Origin: Nitrospinota bacterium | GTDB taxonomy: Bacteria; UBA8248 | Length of the DNA: 64,000 nucleotides | NCBI GenBank assembly: GCA_030754595.1 | Contig: JASLZZ010000077.1 | Location: 1-64,000, forward strand | Reading direction: 5' to 3' | Shown: piece by piece, positions 49,850-60,171 of the stretch | How the letters are laid out: every line of letters begins with the position of its first letter | How positions within the stretch are numbered: position 1 is the first letter of the stretch | Translations under genes and position numbers: made by a program | Notes under the pieces: generated by a model | What the model was told of the DNA's origin: nothing | Database searches by the model: none | The model's input: the letters and a program-made list of their open reading frames with translations, nothing else

Positions 49850-50296
49850 TTAGGCGGAAAATTGGGAGTGATTGTCATTTATCCAAGCGTCGACAATTTC
49901 CCTGAATTCATTCGCCTTCTCTAGCAAATCCTTGGCCTCTGAATCAGAAGTAATGCCTGCGATGTCATAATCAACATTGTGTCTCTTTCTTCTGCATTGA
50001 TCAAAGTAATCCACCATGTCATCCAGGTTGCCGCCCAGGGCCAACCGCACTGCCTCAAGGGTAGTTACATGGTGGCCAGGTTTCTCGGGAATACGGTAAC
50101 CCTCACAAGCTATAACCATCCTTGATAATTGAAGGACCGCATTATATGAAGTGGCCAGACAACGGTCCGCGGAAAGACCGGGCAGGGACGAATCGGCAAG
50201 GTCGCGCCCTACCACACCTCGAAGGCTTTCAATCTCTTCCTTGCTGGTTTTGTGGTTCTGTATCTTTCCCGCTACCAATAACATTTTCCATGACAT
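49850..50296 (-). CDS. HEPN-like protein (putative toxin)
   Basis: Helical ~148 aa protein; SYNAVLQ, EGYR...GHH, RRKRHNVDY (Rx4Y variant of the HEPN Rx4-6H motif); overlaps the MNT gene. Confidence 0.7.
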   Translation of the reverse strand: MSWKMLLVAGKIQNHKTSKEEIESLRGVVGRDLADSSLPGLSADRCLATSYNAVLQLSRMVIACEGYRIPEKPGHHVTTLEAVRLALGGNLDDMVDYFDQCRRKRHNVDYDIAGITSDSEAKDLLEKANEFREIVDAWINDNHSQFSA

Positions 50297-50933
50297 GAAC
50301 ATCTCCTATCAGGAAAAATTTCTCATCATTAAAAACAGTTCGAAGGAAATGATTATTTTGCTCCAATTTATCGACAACCTCTTGGCAAGTTAAGAATGTC
50401 GGATTCACGTCCCGCCCTAACTTCCTCTCTGCTTCACTGATTTTGGACGCGATTTCCGACAAGCGTAATGAGCCAACCACAAGCAAATCCACATCGCTCT
50501 CGGAATGTTCTTCCGAGCGTGCAAAAGAGCCATACACAAAAGAAAAATCTATTTTCCCGGCAAATGGTTCCAGCACTTCTCTTAATACATCCAACAAACC
50601 CACGGACTTTGTGAGTAAATTCTTGATATCTACAAGTAAAGGATTGTCGGTATTAGGTTGATAGTAAATGTTCCTTCCTTCTTGGCTGCGATTTAAAATT
50701 CCGGCTTCTGTTAATTTTATTAGCTCATTTCGAAGGCTGGAAGGATTCCGGTTTAAGTGTCTCGACAAATCCGCCAAATACCATCTCTTCTTTGAATGCA
50801 TTATCGTAGCGGTTAATACTTCCTGCCTGATTTTTGGCATTAAAGCATCGATTGTTTTTTTCCCGGTTTTTCGTTTTGTGGCATTTGAATATTCGGGGGC
50901 GCTTGAAGAGGAATTCAAATCCTGGGCCATCAT
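50229..50933 (-). CDS. wHTH plus minimal nucleotidyltransferase (MNT) protein (putative antitoxin)
   Basis: N-terminal YLADLSR...ELIKLTEAGIL...GRNIYY wHTH; VYGSFAR..SDVDLLVVG MNT motif; low GC. Confidence 0.85.
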   Translation of the reverse strand: MMAQDLNSSSSAPEYSNATKRKTGKKTIDALMPKIRQEVLTATIMHSKKRWYLADLSRHLNRNPSSLRNELIKLTEAGILNRSQEGRNIYYQPNTDNPLLVDIKNLLTKSVGLLDVLREVLEPFAGKIDFSFVYGSFARSEEHSESDVDLLVVGSLRLSEIASKISEAERKLGRDVNPTFLTCQEVVDKLEQNNHFLRTVFNDEKFFLIGDVHVMENVIGSGKDTEPQNQQGRD

Positions 50934-51339
50934 CCTTATTTCCTTCTATTCCTTTTTCTCTTCACAATTTCATGAAAATTTTCTCAACTCCAATATTTCC
51001 TATTTTTAAAACTTTTCTGGTTCACACATTACAACTCAAAATATATACACTAATTACACCTATGATGCGGATTCAAAGGGTTAGTCAAAAACGGCAAAAT
51101 ACAGATAACATATTTATAATCAAATGCTTATATTGATTACTAGAAAGAAATAGAAAAATAATTCGTAATGGTGCTTTGAGTGCTTTACGCCCACAACTAA
51201 AAGGGTCGCTCAGGCAACATCGCTCTATCTTCGGAATTAACAGGATTTTTTTTATTCGATAGGCGGCGATCTCCCGCCTCGGGTCCTACAGTGTTCCCCA
51301 CCTTACTCGCCGAACTAAACTTTCCCTCCCCGGGAAAGT

Positions 51340-53559
51340 TTAACCACCGTTAAAAAGCCCCTCTCCGGTCTCTCTCCTCCTACACCTTTCCGTCGGCTCG
51401 GTGCCCTGGACGAATGCCTCGGTCACTGTCTTGCCGGGGCAGGCGGGCGAGGGGAGAAGGCCGGTGCGCGCGTCGATCCGGACGAGGGCGACGCCGGGCG
51501 GGGGGGTGGCGGTGAGGGGGGGCTCGCGCCGGTCGAGCCAGAATTTCATGATGCGGGTCCAGATGGGGAGGGCGGCGGAGCCCCCCGAGGCGCGGTAGCC
51601 CATCTGTTTGTTGTCGTCGCGGCCGACCCAGACGCCGAGGATGAGGTCGTCGGTGAAGCCGATGAACCAGGCGTCGCGGTATTCGTTCGTTGTGCCGGTC
51701 TTGCCGGCAACGAAGCCGGGGAGCTTGAGGGCCCGCCGGGCGGTGCCCGAGAGGACGACGCCGCGGAGCATGGAGCGAATCTGGTAGGCGACCTCGGGGG
51801 AGATGGCGCGGTGGGTCTGGGGGACGTTCTCCTCGAGGATGCGGTGGCCGGCGTCGGTGACCTTGACGATGTCGTAGGGCCGGGCGTGGATGCCGCCGGT
51901 GGCGAAGGGGATGTAGGCGGAGGTGAACTCGTAGGGGGTGATCTCGAAGGCGCCCAGCGCGAGCGAGAGGTAGGGCATAAGCGGGGCGCGAATGCCGAGG
52001 CGCCGGGCGAAGGTGATGGCGGTCTTGGGCTTGATCTGGTCGAGGAGTTTGATGGTGGCGAGGTTGATGGATTTTTCGAGGGCGAAGCGCATGGTCACGG
52101 GTCCGTAGAATTTGTTGGTGTAGTTGCGGGGCTTCCACTCCTTGAGGGTGCCGGGCATGCGGCGGACGAAGGGCGAGTCCATGAGGATTTGCGCGGGCGT
52201 GTAGCCCTTGAAGAGGGCGGCGGCCATGATGACGGGCTTGAAGGCGGAGCCGGGCGAGCGGCGGGCCTGGGTGGCGCGGTCGAACTGAAAGCGGCGGAAA
52301 TTCGTGCCGCCGGCGAGGGCGCGGAGGGCGCCGGTGCGCGGGTCGAAGGCGACGGCGGCGCCCTGGACGGTGTCCTGCCACTCGAGGGTCATTGTCTTTC
52401 CGTCGCGGTCGACCCGGATCACCCGGCCGAGGACGAGGTCGCCCTCGCGGAGGGCGTGCGCGTCGATGCGGCCGGGTATCTCGAGGGCGGCTTCGTAGCC
52501 GCGAACCGCGGCGCGGACGACCCCGCCGCCCAGCTCGGCGATGCGCAGTTGATACTTATCGCCCAGCCGGGGCGGGCGCCGGCGCTTCCAGCCGGCGGGC
52601 AGGAACCCCCGGCGGCGGTTGATCTCCTCGATGCCCTTGAGGAGGGCGGCGTGCACGATTTTCTGGAGGCCCAGGTCGAGCGTGGTGTGGATCGAGAGGC
52701 CGCTCCGGTACAGGGCGGGGCCGTAGCGGCGGCCCAGCTGCCGGCGGATGCGTTCGGCGAAGTAGGCCAGCTCGGGGGCGGTGTTCGTGGCGCGGGGGAC
52801 GAGGTGAATCGGCTCGCCGGCGGCGGCGCGCTCTTGCTCGGGGGTGATGAAGCCGACCTCGCGCATGCGCTGGAGGACGAGGCGGCGGCGGCCCAGGGAC
52901 CGCTTGGGGTTGGTGCGCGGATTGAAGCGCGAGGGGGCCTTGGGCAGCCCGGCGATGGTGGCCGCTTCGGGGAGGGTGAGCTGGCTCACGGCCTTTCCGA
53001 AGTAGCCGCGCGCGGCGGCCTCGACGCCGTAGGCCCCGCTGCCGAGATATATCTGATTGAGATAGAACTCCAGGATTTCGTCCTTGGTGAACCGCCGCTC
53101 GATTTCGAGGGCGAGGAGGGCTTCTTTGATCTTGCGCTTGAGAGTGCGCTCGGAGGTGAGAAAGAGGACCTTGGCGAGCTGCTGGGTAATCGTCGAGCCC
53201 CCCTGGACGAGCCGCTGCGCCCGTATGTTGCGCCAGAAGGCGCGGACGATGTCGCGCGTGCTCACCCCGGGGTGCTTGTAGAAGCGCGCGTCCTCGATGG
53301 CGAGGATGGCCTGCCGCATCCGGGCGGGGATTCTCGATAGGGAGATCGGCACCCTGCGCTCCTGGTAGAGTTCGGAGATAAGCTGGCCGTCGCGGGCGTG
53401 TATCCGCGTGATGGTGCTGGGCCTGTAGTTGCGCAGGTATTTGAGTTCCGGGAAGTCGTAGAGATAGGAAAAGCCCATGCCCGCCCCGGCGCCGGTCAGT
53501 AAGGCGAAAGCGGCCAGGATCAGAAATATTTTCCGGCGTTTGGGTTTGCTCGATTCCAA
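51340..53559 (-). CDS. mrcA: Class A penicillin-binding protein 1A
   Basis: EDARFYKH, GGSTITQQLAK, RKIKE transglycosylase motifs; SAFK, SIN, KTGT transpeptidase motifs. Confidence 0.93.
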   Translation of the reverse strand: MESSKPKRRKIFLILAAFALLTGAGAGMGFSYLYDFPELKYLRNYRPSTITRIHARDGQLISELYQERRVPISLSRIPARMRQAILAIEDARFYKHPGVSTRDIVRAFWRNIRAQRLVQGGSTITQQLAKVLFLTSERTLKRKIKEALLALEIERRFTKDEILEFYLNQIYLGSGAYGVEAAARGYFGKAVSQLTLPEAATIAGLPKAPSRFNPRTNPKRSLGRRRLVLQRMREVGFITPEQERAAAGEPIHLVPRATNTAPELAYFAERIRRQLGRRYGPALYRSGLSIHTTLDLGLQKIVHAALLKGIEEINRRRGFLPAGWKRRRPPRLGDKYQLRIAELGGGVVRAAVRGYEAALEIPGRIDAHALREGDLVLGRVIRVDRDGKTMTLEWQDTVQGAAVAFDPRTGALRALAGGTNFRRFQFDRATQARRSPGSAFKPVIMAAALFKGYTPAQILMDSPFVRRMPGTLKEWKPRNYTNKFYGPVTMRFALEKSINLATIKLLDQIKPKTAITFARRLGIRAPLMPYLSLALGAFEITPYEFTSAYIPFATGGIHARPYDIVKVTDAGHRILEENVPQTHRAISPEVAYQIRSMLRGVVLSGTARRALKLPGFVAGKTGTTNEYRDAWFIGFTDDLILGVWVGRDDNKQMGYRASGGSAALPIWTRIMKFWLDRREPPLTATPPPGVALVRIDARTGLLPSPACPGKTVTEAFVQGTEPTERCRRRETGEGLFNGG

Positions 53560-53880
53560 GGGGTCACCTCACGGCGCGAGCCGGGCGGCCGGGCGAAAAT
53601 TCACCGGGTGGCTGCGCGAGTCATCTCGCCGCAGGATAAAACGCGCTCTTGACCGCCGCAACCGGAGAGCCGCAAGAGGGGCGCCGCGACCGGAGCGTTG
53701 CCAGAGACTCCCCGCGGGGCGTTCGGGATGTTCTAAATACCCGGATGCCCCGGGCGGTGTGTTTTCCTGAATGCCGATCGAGGCGTTGACAAGGCGGGGC
53801 TCGAAATAAGATAAAGGTTTTCTAGCCCGTAACCGTTTCTTCGAGATTCATCCAGTTTCCGCTCGTAATAGGGAGGTGGC

Positions 53881-54405
53881 ATGATCGAAGCCGTGCGCGT
53901 TCTTGTGCTCAATCAGACCTACGAGCCCATTAATGTGTGCGGCGCGCGGCGCGCGGTCCGGATGATGCTCCTCGGTAAGGCGGAGACCATCGAGGTGGAC
54001 GGGTTCATGGTCCGCAGCGAGCGGCTTAATTTCCGCCTCCCGGTGGTGATTCGCCTCCTCCGCTACGTCCGGGTTCCCCGCAAGGCTGAGGCCCCCTTTT
54101 CGAAGAAAAATGTTTTCCGCCGCGACGGGCACACCTGTCAGTACTGCGGCTCGCCCAACGAGCTGACCCTCGACCATATCTCCCCCCTCTCAAGGGGCGG
54201 GCGCACGACCTGGGAGAACGTCGTATGCTGTTGCCGGAAGTGCAACGCCCGAAAGGGAAACCGCCTGCCCGAGGAGGCGGAGATGCGGCTGCTTCGCCCG
54301 GCCCGCAAACCCAGGTACTATTCATTCGAGTGGATGAACCCGCGCATGACCGCCTCGCCCCATCTGAGGTGGGAGAAATACCTCGACCCCTTCGGCGGCT
54401 CCTGA
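53881..54405 (+). CDS. HNH endonuclease (McrA-like, zinc-binding)
   Basis: VLVLNQTYEP, RDGHTCQYCG, TLDHI.P.SRGG, NVVCCCRKCNARKG. Confidence 0.92.
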   Translation: MIEAVRVLVLNQTYEPINVCGARRAVRMMLLGKAETIEVDGFMVRSERLNFRLPVVIRLLRYVRVPRKAEAPFSKKNVFRRDGHTCQYCGSPNELTLDHISPLSRGGRTTWENVVCCCRKCNARKGNRLPEEAEMRLLRPARKPRYYSFEWMNPRMTASPHLRWEKYLDPFGGS

Positions 54406-54552
54406 GCCGCCGCCCCCTGTTCGGGCGCCCTGGCCTTGAGCAGATGGCCTGACCGCCCCCGGACCTTTATTAACTCGCCTTGATTCGGTAAATTAGCCTG
54501 TTTGGGTTTCGTTTATTTCGCGCCGCCTCTTAAACGATGGGTTTTCCAGCCG

Positions 54553-56571
54553 ATGGGCGAGTTTCAGCTTACCTCCGATTTTCAACCCGCCGCGGATCAG
54601 CCCCAGGCTATCGACGCCCTCGTGGAGGGCTTAGAAGCCGGCGAACGCCAGCAGGTCCTCCTCGGGGTAACCGGTTCGGGAAAAACCTTCACCATGGCGA
54701 ACGTCATCGCCCGCCTGGAGAAGCCCACCCTCGTCATCGCCCACAACAAGACTCTCGCCGCCCAGCTTTTCAATGAGTTCAAGGGCTTTTTTCCGCACAA
54801 CGCGGTCGAATATTTTGTCAGCTACTACGATTACTATCAGCCCGAGGCCTACGTCGCGACGACAGACACATACATCGAAAAAGACTCCGCCATCAACGAC
54901 GAACTGGACCGGCTGCGCCACTCGGCCACCCGGTCCGCCCTCACCCGGCGCGATATCATCATCGTCGCCAGCGTCAGTTCGATTTACGGTCTCGGCTCCC
55001 CGTCCGACTACTACGACCTTCACATTCACCTCGAGCGCGGCCAGGAGATGAACCGCGAGGAATTGCTCGCCCAGCTCGTCCGCATCCAGTACACCCGCAA
55101 CGACATCGAACTCGTCCGCGCCTCGTTCCGCGCGCGGGGAGACGTGGTGGAACTCCTCCCCGCTCACGAGGAAGACGAGGCCATCCGCGTCGAATTCTTC
55201 GGGGATGAAATCGACGAAATCAGCGAGATCGACCCCCTGCGCGGGACCGTGCTCAGGCCGATCGATCAAATCGAGATTTACCCGAACAGCCACTACATCA
55301 CCCCCGAAGAGCGCCTGTCGCGGGCGATGGAGAACATCGAGGAAGAGCTTTGGGCCCATGTGACCGAACTCAACGCCGAGGGACTCGAACTCGAGGCGCA
55401 ACGCGTCCGCCAGCGGACCCTCCAAGATATGGAAATGCTTCGCGAGGTGGGCTACTGCCACGGCGTCGAGAATTACAGCCGCCACCTAGACGGCCGCGAG
55501 CCCGGCCAGCCGCCGGCGACGCTGTTTTCCTATTTGGCGAAGGACCATCTCGTCATCGTGGACGAGAGCCACCAGAGCGTTCCCCAGATCCGGGCGATGT
55601 ATAAGGGCGATCGTTCGCGGAAGGAAAACCTCGTCCGCTACGGTTTCCGTCTCCCCTCGGCCCTCGACAACCGGCCGCTCAAATTCGAGGAGTTCGAGGA
55701 AGAGGCGGCCAGCGTAGTCTACACCTCGGCCACGCCGGGGCCCTACGAACTGGAAAAAAGCGGGGGTGTTGTCGTCGAGCAGCTTCTTCGGCCGACCGGG
55801 CTGGTGGACCCCCCGGTGGAGATTCGCCCTGTGCAGGGCCAGGTGGACGATTTGCTCGCCGAGGTTCGCAAATCGGCCGAGTGCGGCGAGCGGGTTCTCG
55901 TCACCACCCTGACCAAGCGGTTCTCCGAGGACCTGACCGAGTATTACGAAGACCTCGGCGTCCGCGTCCGCTACATGCACAGCGACATCGAGACCCTCGA
56001 GCGCGTGAAAATCATCCGCGATCTGCGCTCGGGAGAGTTCGACGTGCTGATTGGAATCAATCTGTTGAGGGAGGGGCTCGACCTGCCCGAGGTGGCGCTC
56101 GTGGCCATCTTCGACGCCGACAAGGAGGGGTTTCTGCGTTCGGAAACCTCGCTGATTCAGACCTCGGGCCGTGCGGCGCGCCACGTGGACGGGCGGGTGA
56201 TCATGTATGCGGACCGGATCACCGACTCCATGCGGCGGGCGATGGAAGAGATGGCCCGCCGCCGGAAATTCCAGATCGCCTACAACGATGAGAACGGTAT
56301 CATCCCGCGTTCGATAAGCCGGCGGATGGACGAATTGATCGAAAACGTCGGGGAGTACGACTACGTTGACATAACCGAGGGCGCGGCGGAGGAGGAGGCT
56401 GTCTACGGCGAGATTACAGAGGAGGAGGCCGTGGACCTCGAGGAACTCCGCGTCCGGATGCACGAGGCGGCCCAGAAGCTGGAATTCGAGAGCGCCGCGG
56501 AGCTTCGCGACCGGATCATCGCCATCGAGCGCCGCCAACTCGGCATCCGGAGTGGAGCGCGGGTACAATGA
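54553..56571 (+). CDS. uvrB: Excinuclease ABC subunit B
   Basis: [50 protein letters not shown]. Confidence 0.99.
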   Translation: MGEFQLTSDFQPAADQPQAIDALVEGLEAGERQQVLLGVTGSGKTFTMANVIARLEKPTLVIAHNKTLAAQLFNEFKGFFPHNAVEYFVSYYDYYQPEAYVATTDTYIEKDSAINDELDRLRHSATRSALTRRDIIIVASVSSIYGLGSPSDYYDLHIHLERGQEMNREELLAQLVRIQYTRNDIELVRASFRARGDVVELLPAHEEDEAIRVEFFGDEIDEISEIDPLRGTVLRPIDQIEIYPNSHYITPEERLSRAMENIEEELWAHVTELNAEGLELEAQRVRQRTLQDMEMLREVGYCHGVENYSRHLDGREPGQPPATLFSYLAKDHLVIVDESHQSVPQIRAMYKGDRSRKENLVRYGFRLPSALDNRPLKFEEFEEEAASVVYTSATPGPYELEKSGGVVVEQLLRPTGLVDPPVEIRPVQGQVDDLLAEVRKSAECGERVLVTTLTKRFSEDLTEYYEDLGVRVRYMHSDIETLERVKIIRDLRSGEFDVLIGINLLREGLDLPEVALVAIFDADKEGFLRSETSLIQTSGRAARHVDGRVIMYADRITDSMRRAMEEMARRRKFQIAYNDENGIIPRSISRRMDELIENVGEYDYVDITEGAAEEEAVYGEITEEEAVDLEELRVRMHEAAQKLEFESAAELRDRIIAIERRQLGIRSGARVQ

Positions 56572-58574
56572 TGGCGCAAAAGGGTAAAAAGGAAGTCACA
56601 GAAGAAGGCGCTTCTCCAGAGACGGATGTCGCCGATGGGGCTCCGGCAGAGGCGGACGCCGCCGAAGGAGCTCCGGCTCCCGCGCTTTTCGACCGCGAGG
56701 CGATCAGACGCCTGCCCGAGAAGCCCGGCATTTATATTTTCAAAAACGAATCGGGCGATGTGCTCTACATCGGCAAGGCCGTCAAGCTGCGAAGCCGGGT
56801 CCGGAGCTACTTTGGAAAATCGACCGGCCGCGGTCCCTGGATCGAAAAAATGGTGGGCGAGGTTTCGTCGGTCGAGCACATCGTCACCTCAACCGGGGTC
56901 GAGGCCCTCATCCTCGAGAACAACTACATTAAGCGGCACAAGCCCCGGCACAACCTTCTCCTGCGCGACGACAAGCACTTTCCGTATCTCAAGCTCAGCA
57001 CGAATGAGGAATACCCCCGCCTGAGCATCGTGCGGAGCCCGGCGGGAGACGGGGCGGAGTACATGGGCCCGTTTCCGGCCTCGGGGCGCTTGCGCCGGAC
57101 GATTCGCTTCCTGCACAAAACCTTTAATATCCGCGCCTGCACCGGGAGCCTCGACGACAAGACCGCGAAGCGGTGCATCTATTATCAGATGGGCCAATGT
57201 CTTGGCCCCTGCGACGGTCTTCAGACGAAAGAGGAGTACAGCGCGAAGATCGGCGACGCCCTGAACTTTCTCAAGGGAAAAAACACCGAGCTCGAGGCGA
57301 AACTTCGCCGCGATATGGCGGAGCACGCCGAGGCGCTCAGGTTCGAGAAAGCCGCGAGGACGCGCGATCAACTGCGCGCCATCGAGGTCATGTTCGAAAA
57401 ACAGGAGATGGTCACCGTCCTCGGCGGAGACCAGGACATCCTCGGCCTCCACCGGAAGGACGACCGGGCGTATTTCCGGCTCTTCTTCGTGCGCGGGGGG
57501 CGGATGTTGGGCGACCAGGGTTTCACCGTCCCCCTGAAGGCCGGGGTGGGCTCGGGGGAGGCCGTATCGGGCTTCGTGAAGCAGTACTACATGGGACAGT
57601 CCTACTTCCCGGCCGAGGTTCTGCTGTCCGCGCCGCCGCCGGATGCGGAGTTGATCGCCCGGTGGCTCTCCGAGCGCCGGGGACGGAAGGTGGCGGTCCT
57701 CACCCCCCGGCGGGGAGGGAAGCGCCGCCTGGTCGAGATGGCCTCCGAAAACGCCGGGGAATCGCTCGAGCGCGACGAGGTGCGCCTGAGCAAGGACCAG
57801 GCGACGCTCGAAGCGATCTGCCGGGCGCTGGGGCTGGACGATCTACCCGCCCGCATCGAGGCGTTTGATATTTCGAATCTGCACGGAAGCCATATTGTCG
57901 GCGCGAGCGTGACCTTCCGCGAGGGGCGCCCGCTCAAGGACGGCTATCGCCGCTACCGGATTCGATCGGTTGTCGGACAAGCCGATGATTTCGCGGCGAT
58001 GCGCGAGATTGTCTCGCGGCGCATGGAGCGAATCGTGAACGAGGGGAGCGAGAAGCCCGGCCTGATTCTCATCGACGGCGGAAAAGGGCAACTCTCCTCG
58101 GCCGCCCAGGCGCTCGAGGAGGTGGGCGTCGCCGACCTCGGGCTTTGCTCGATCTCGAAGGGAAGGACGAAGGATAACCCCGGGGATCAGGATGTATTCT
58201 TCCTGCCGGGGGTCTCGGATCCGGTGCGGATGGAGGAGGGCAGCCCCGAAAAGCTCCTCCTCCAGCGGATCCGCGACGAGGTGCACCGCTTCGCTGTGAC
58301 CTATCACCGCAGTCGCCGCGCGAAGGAGGAACTCCACAGCGGCCTCGACGACGTGCCGGGCCTCGGCCCGAAGCGGCGCCGGGATCTCCTCCGCGCCTTC
58401 GGGAGCCTGCGTGGGGTGGTCGATGCCACGGACGAGCAGCTTCTTGTCGTCGCCGGGATCACCCCCCGGTTGGTGGGGGCCATCCGGGAGCATCTCGGCG
58501 GGCGCGAGAATGCGGAATTGCCGGCGGGAGCGGAATTTAAAGCGGGACCGGCGGGAGAGGAGCACGCACCTTGA
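56568..58574 (+). CDS. uvrC: Excinuclease ABC subunit C
   Basis: PGIY...LYIGKA GIY-YIG domain, [26 protein letters not shown], HhH PGLGPKRR. Confidence 0.98.
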   Translation: MMAQKGKKEVTEEGASPETDVADGAPAEADAAEGAPAPALFDREAIRRLPEKPGIYIFKNESGDVLYIGKAVKLRSRVRSYFGKSTGRGPWIEKMVGEVSSVEHIVTSTGVEALILENNYIKRHKPRHNLLLRDDKHFPYLKLSTNEEYPRLSIVRSPAGDGAEYMGPFPASGRLRRTIRFLHKTFNIRACTGSLDDKTAKRCIYYQMGQCLGPCDGLQTKEEYSAKIGDALNFLKGKNTELEAKLRRDMAEHAEALRFEKAARTRDQLRAIEVMFEKQEMVTVLGGDQDILGLHRKDDRAYFRLFFVRGGRMLGDQGFTVPLKAGVGSGEAVSGFVKQYYMGQSYFPAEVLLSAPPPDAELIARWLSERRGRKVAVLTPRRGGKRRLVEMASENAGESLERDEVRLSKDQATLEAICRALGLDDLPARIEAFDISNLHGSHIVGASVTFREGRPLKDGYRRYRIRSVVGQADDFAAMREIVSRRMERIVNEGSEKPGLILIDGGKGQLSSAAQALEEVGVADLGLCSISKGRTKDNPGDQDVFFLPGVSDPVRMEEGSPEKLLLQRIRDEVHRFAVTYHRSRRAKEELHSGLDDVPGLGPKRRRDLLRAFGSLRGVVDATDEQLLVVAGITPRLVGAIREHLGGRENAELPAGAEFKAGPAGEEHAP

Positions 58575-60103
58575 GGTCGCGCGATGTGGGTTATGCCGCC
58601 TTCTCGGGGATTTTGCTGGGCTTTTTGTTCCCACCTTTCTCCTTTGAGGCGATTGCGTGGGTGGCGCTCTTTCCGCTCCTTTGGGTCCTCGACCGGAGAC
58701 ATCCGCTCGACGGGCTGATCCTCGGCTTCGTGGCCGGGTTTGTCGGCTATTTGATCATCATTTGGTGGGTCGAGGTGACGATGGTCAACTACGGGGGGCT
58801 GCCCTCGCCGCTGGCCTGGCTCCTGGCGGTGACCCTCGCGGCCTATGTCGGGCTCTACGTGGGCGCTTTCGGCTACCTTCTGATCTGGATTACGCCCGAG
58901 GCGGGCTACGCCCGCATGTTCATGGCCCCGGTCCTCTGGGTCGCCCTCGAACTCGCCCGCGCCTATTTTCTCTCGGGCTTTCCTTGGGCGCTGCTCGGCT
59001 ACAGCCAATACAGCATCCTGCCGGTTATCCAGATCGCCGATCTTTTCGGCGTCTACGGCGTCTCGTTTTTCATTGTCCTGATCAACGCGGTCTTTTGGCA
59101 TTTTTTCCGCCACCCGGACCGCGCTCCCTTCGTCGTTCTCGGCGGCGGGGTGGCCTTGGCGGCGCTCGTGCAGGGCTACGGGTACCTCAGGCTCCTCGAG
59201 GTGCCGGGGGAGATGGGTCCTCCCCGGCCCGTCGGGATCGTCCAGCCCGACACCCGGCCCTCCACGAAGTGGAAGCCGGGGCGGCGGGAGGCCATCGTGG
59301 GAGATCTCGAAAAGCTGACCGAGGCCCTGGCCGCGGATTTCAGCGGCCGGGGCAGGCCCGTTCCGCCGCTCATCGTCTGGCCCGAGGCGGCGGCCCCGTT
59401 CGTCTACTCCGAGGAGCCTCGGTGGCAAAAGCGCCTCGCCGAAATCGCCGAGCGCGCGGGGAGCTATCTCCTGTTCGGCTCACTCTCGGCGAGACGGGCG
59501 GAGGGGGATCCCAGGCTCTACAACTCGGCCTATCTTCTGGGGCCGGACGGCACGAGCGCGGGCCGCTACGACAAGATGCATCTGGTTCCGTTCGGCGAAT
59601 ATATTCCGCTGCGCTGGCTTTTGTTTTTCGTGGAGAAATTCGTCCCCATCATCGGGCGGTTCGGCGAGGGGGAGGAAGCCCGAATTTTCGATGTACCCGG
59701 AGGGAAATTCGGGGTCCTCATCTGCTTTGAGGTGATTTTCCCCCGTGTCGTCAGGCGCATGGCCGGGTCGGGATTTCTCGTCAACATCACCAACGACGCC
59801 TGGTTCGGGCGCACGGCCGCCTCCGAGCAACATCTTTCGATGGCGGCGATGAGGGCGGTGGAGCTGCGCACCCCGATTGTGCGCGCCGCGAACACCGGAA
59901 TCAGCGCCATCATCGATGCCACCGGGGCAATTCGCCTCAGGAGCCCGATATTTGAAAAGTGGCGGTGGGCCGGAGTCGTCTCGCCCCGGAAGGCCTCTCC
60001 CACCCTCTATGCACGGGTGGGGGACATCTTTGCCCTCGTGTGCTTCGCCGTAATGCTGCTCATGGGATGGCTGGCGGTGGTCCGCGGTCATCCGCGGTTA
60101 TGA
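58571..60103 (+). CDS. lnt: Apolipoprotein N-acyltransferase
   Basis: GFPW..LGY, VWPE, YDKMHLVPFGEY, LICFE, NDAWFG, RAANTGIS. Confidence 0.97.
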   Translation: MRSRDVGYAAFSGILLGFLFPPFSFEAIAWVALFPLLWVLDRRHPLDGLILGFVAGFVGYLIIIWWVEVTMVNYGGLPSPLAWLLAVTLAAYVGLYVGAFGYLLIWITPEAGYARMFMAPVLWVALELARAYFLSGFPWALLGYSQYSILPVIQIADLFGVYGVSFFIVLINAVFWHFFRHPDRAPFVVLGGGVALAALVQGYGYLRLLEVPGEMGPPRPVGIVQPDTRPSTKWKPGRREAIVGDLEKLTEALAADFSGRGRPVPPLIVWPEAAAPFVYSEEPRWQKRLAEIAERAGSYLLFGSLSARRAEGDPRLYNSAYLLGPDGTSAGRYDKMHLVPFGEYIPLRWLLFFVEKFVPIIGRFGEGEEARIFDVPGGKFGVLICFEVIFPRVVRRMAGSGFLVNITNDAWFGRTAASEQHLSMAAMRAVELRTPIVRAANTGISAIIDATGAIRLRSPIFEKWRWAGVVSPRKASPTLYARVGDIFALVCFAVMLLMGWLAVVRGHPRL

Positions 60104-60171
60104 TATGATTGTCGCCGGTCGCCCGGCAGCAATTGCTTAAAAATGCGCTCCCGCGCAGAGGTGAGAAATCG

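Noticed and set aside
50934..51339. AT-rich stretch as a replication origin, dif site or att site
   Set aside because: No DnaA-box cluster, XerC/D-type 28-mer, tRNA or flanking direct repeat could be identified by eye
51811..53340. Long antisense or alternate-frame ORFs (e.g. 51811-53340, 61377-62771, 31099-32331, 37426-38553, 38704-40005, 48898-49719)
   Set aside because: Shadow ORFs opposite well-supported genes, expected in high-GC DNA with biased codon usage; no recognisable motifs
53881..54405. HNH gene as an IscB/Cas9-like or homing element
   Set aside because: Only 174 aa with no RuvC motifs, and no intron or IS ends nearby; fits the common stand-alone McrA-like family
54406..54552. 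LexA/SOS box upstream of uvrB
   Set aside because: No match to the CTGT-N8-ACAG or GAAC-N4-GTTC patterns was seen
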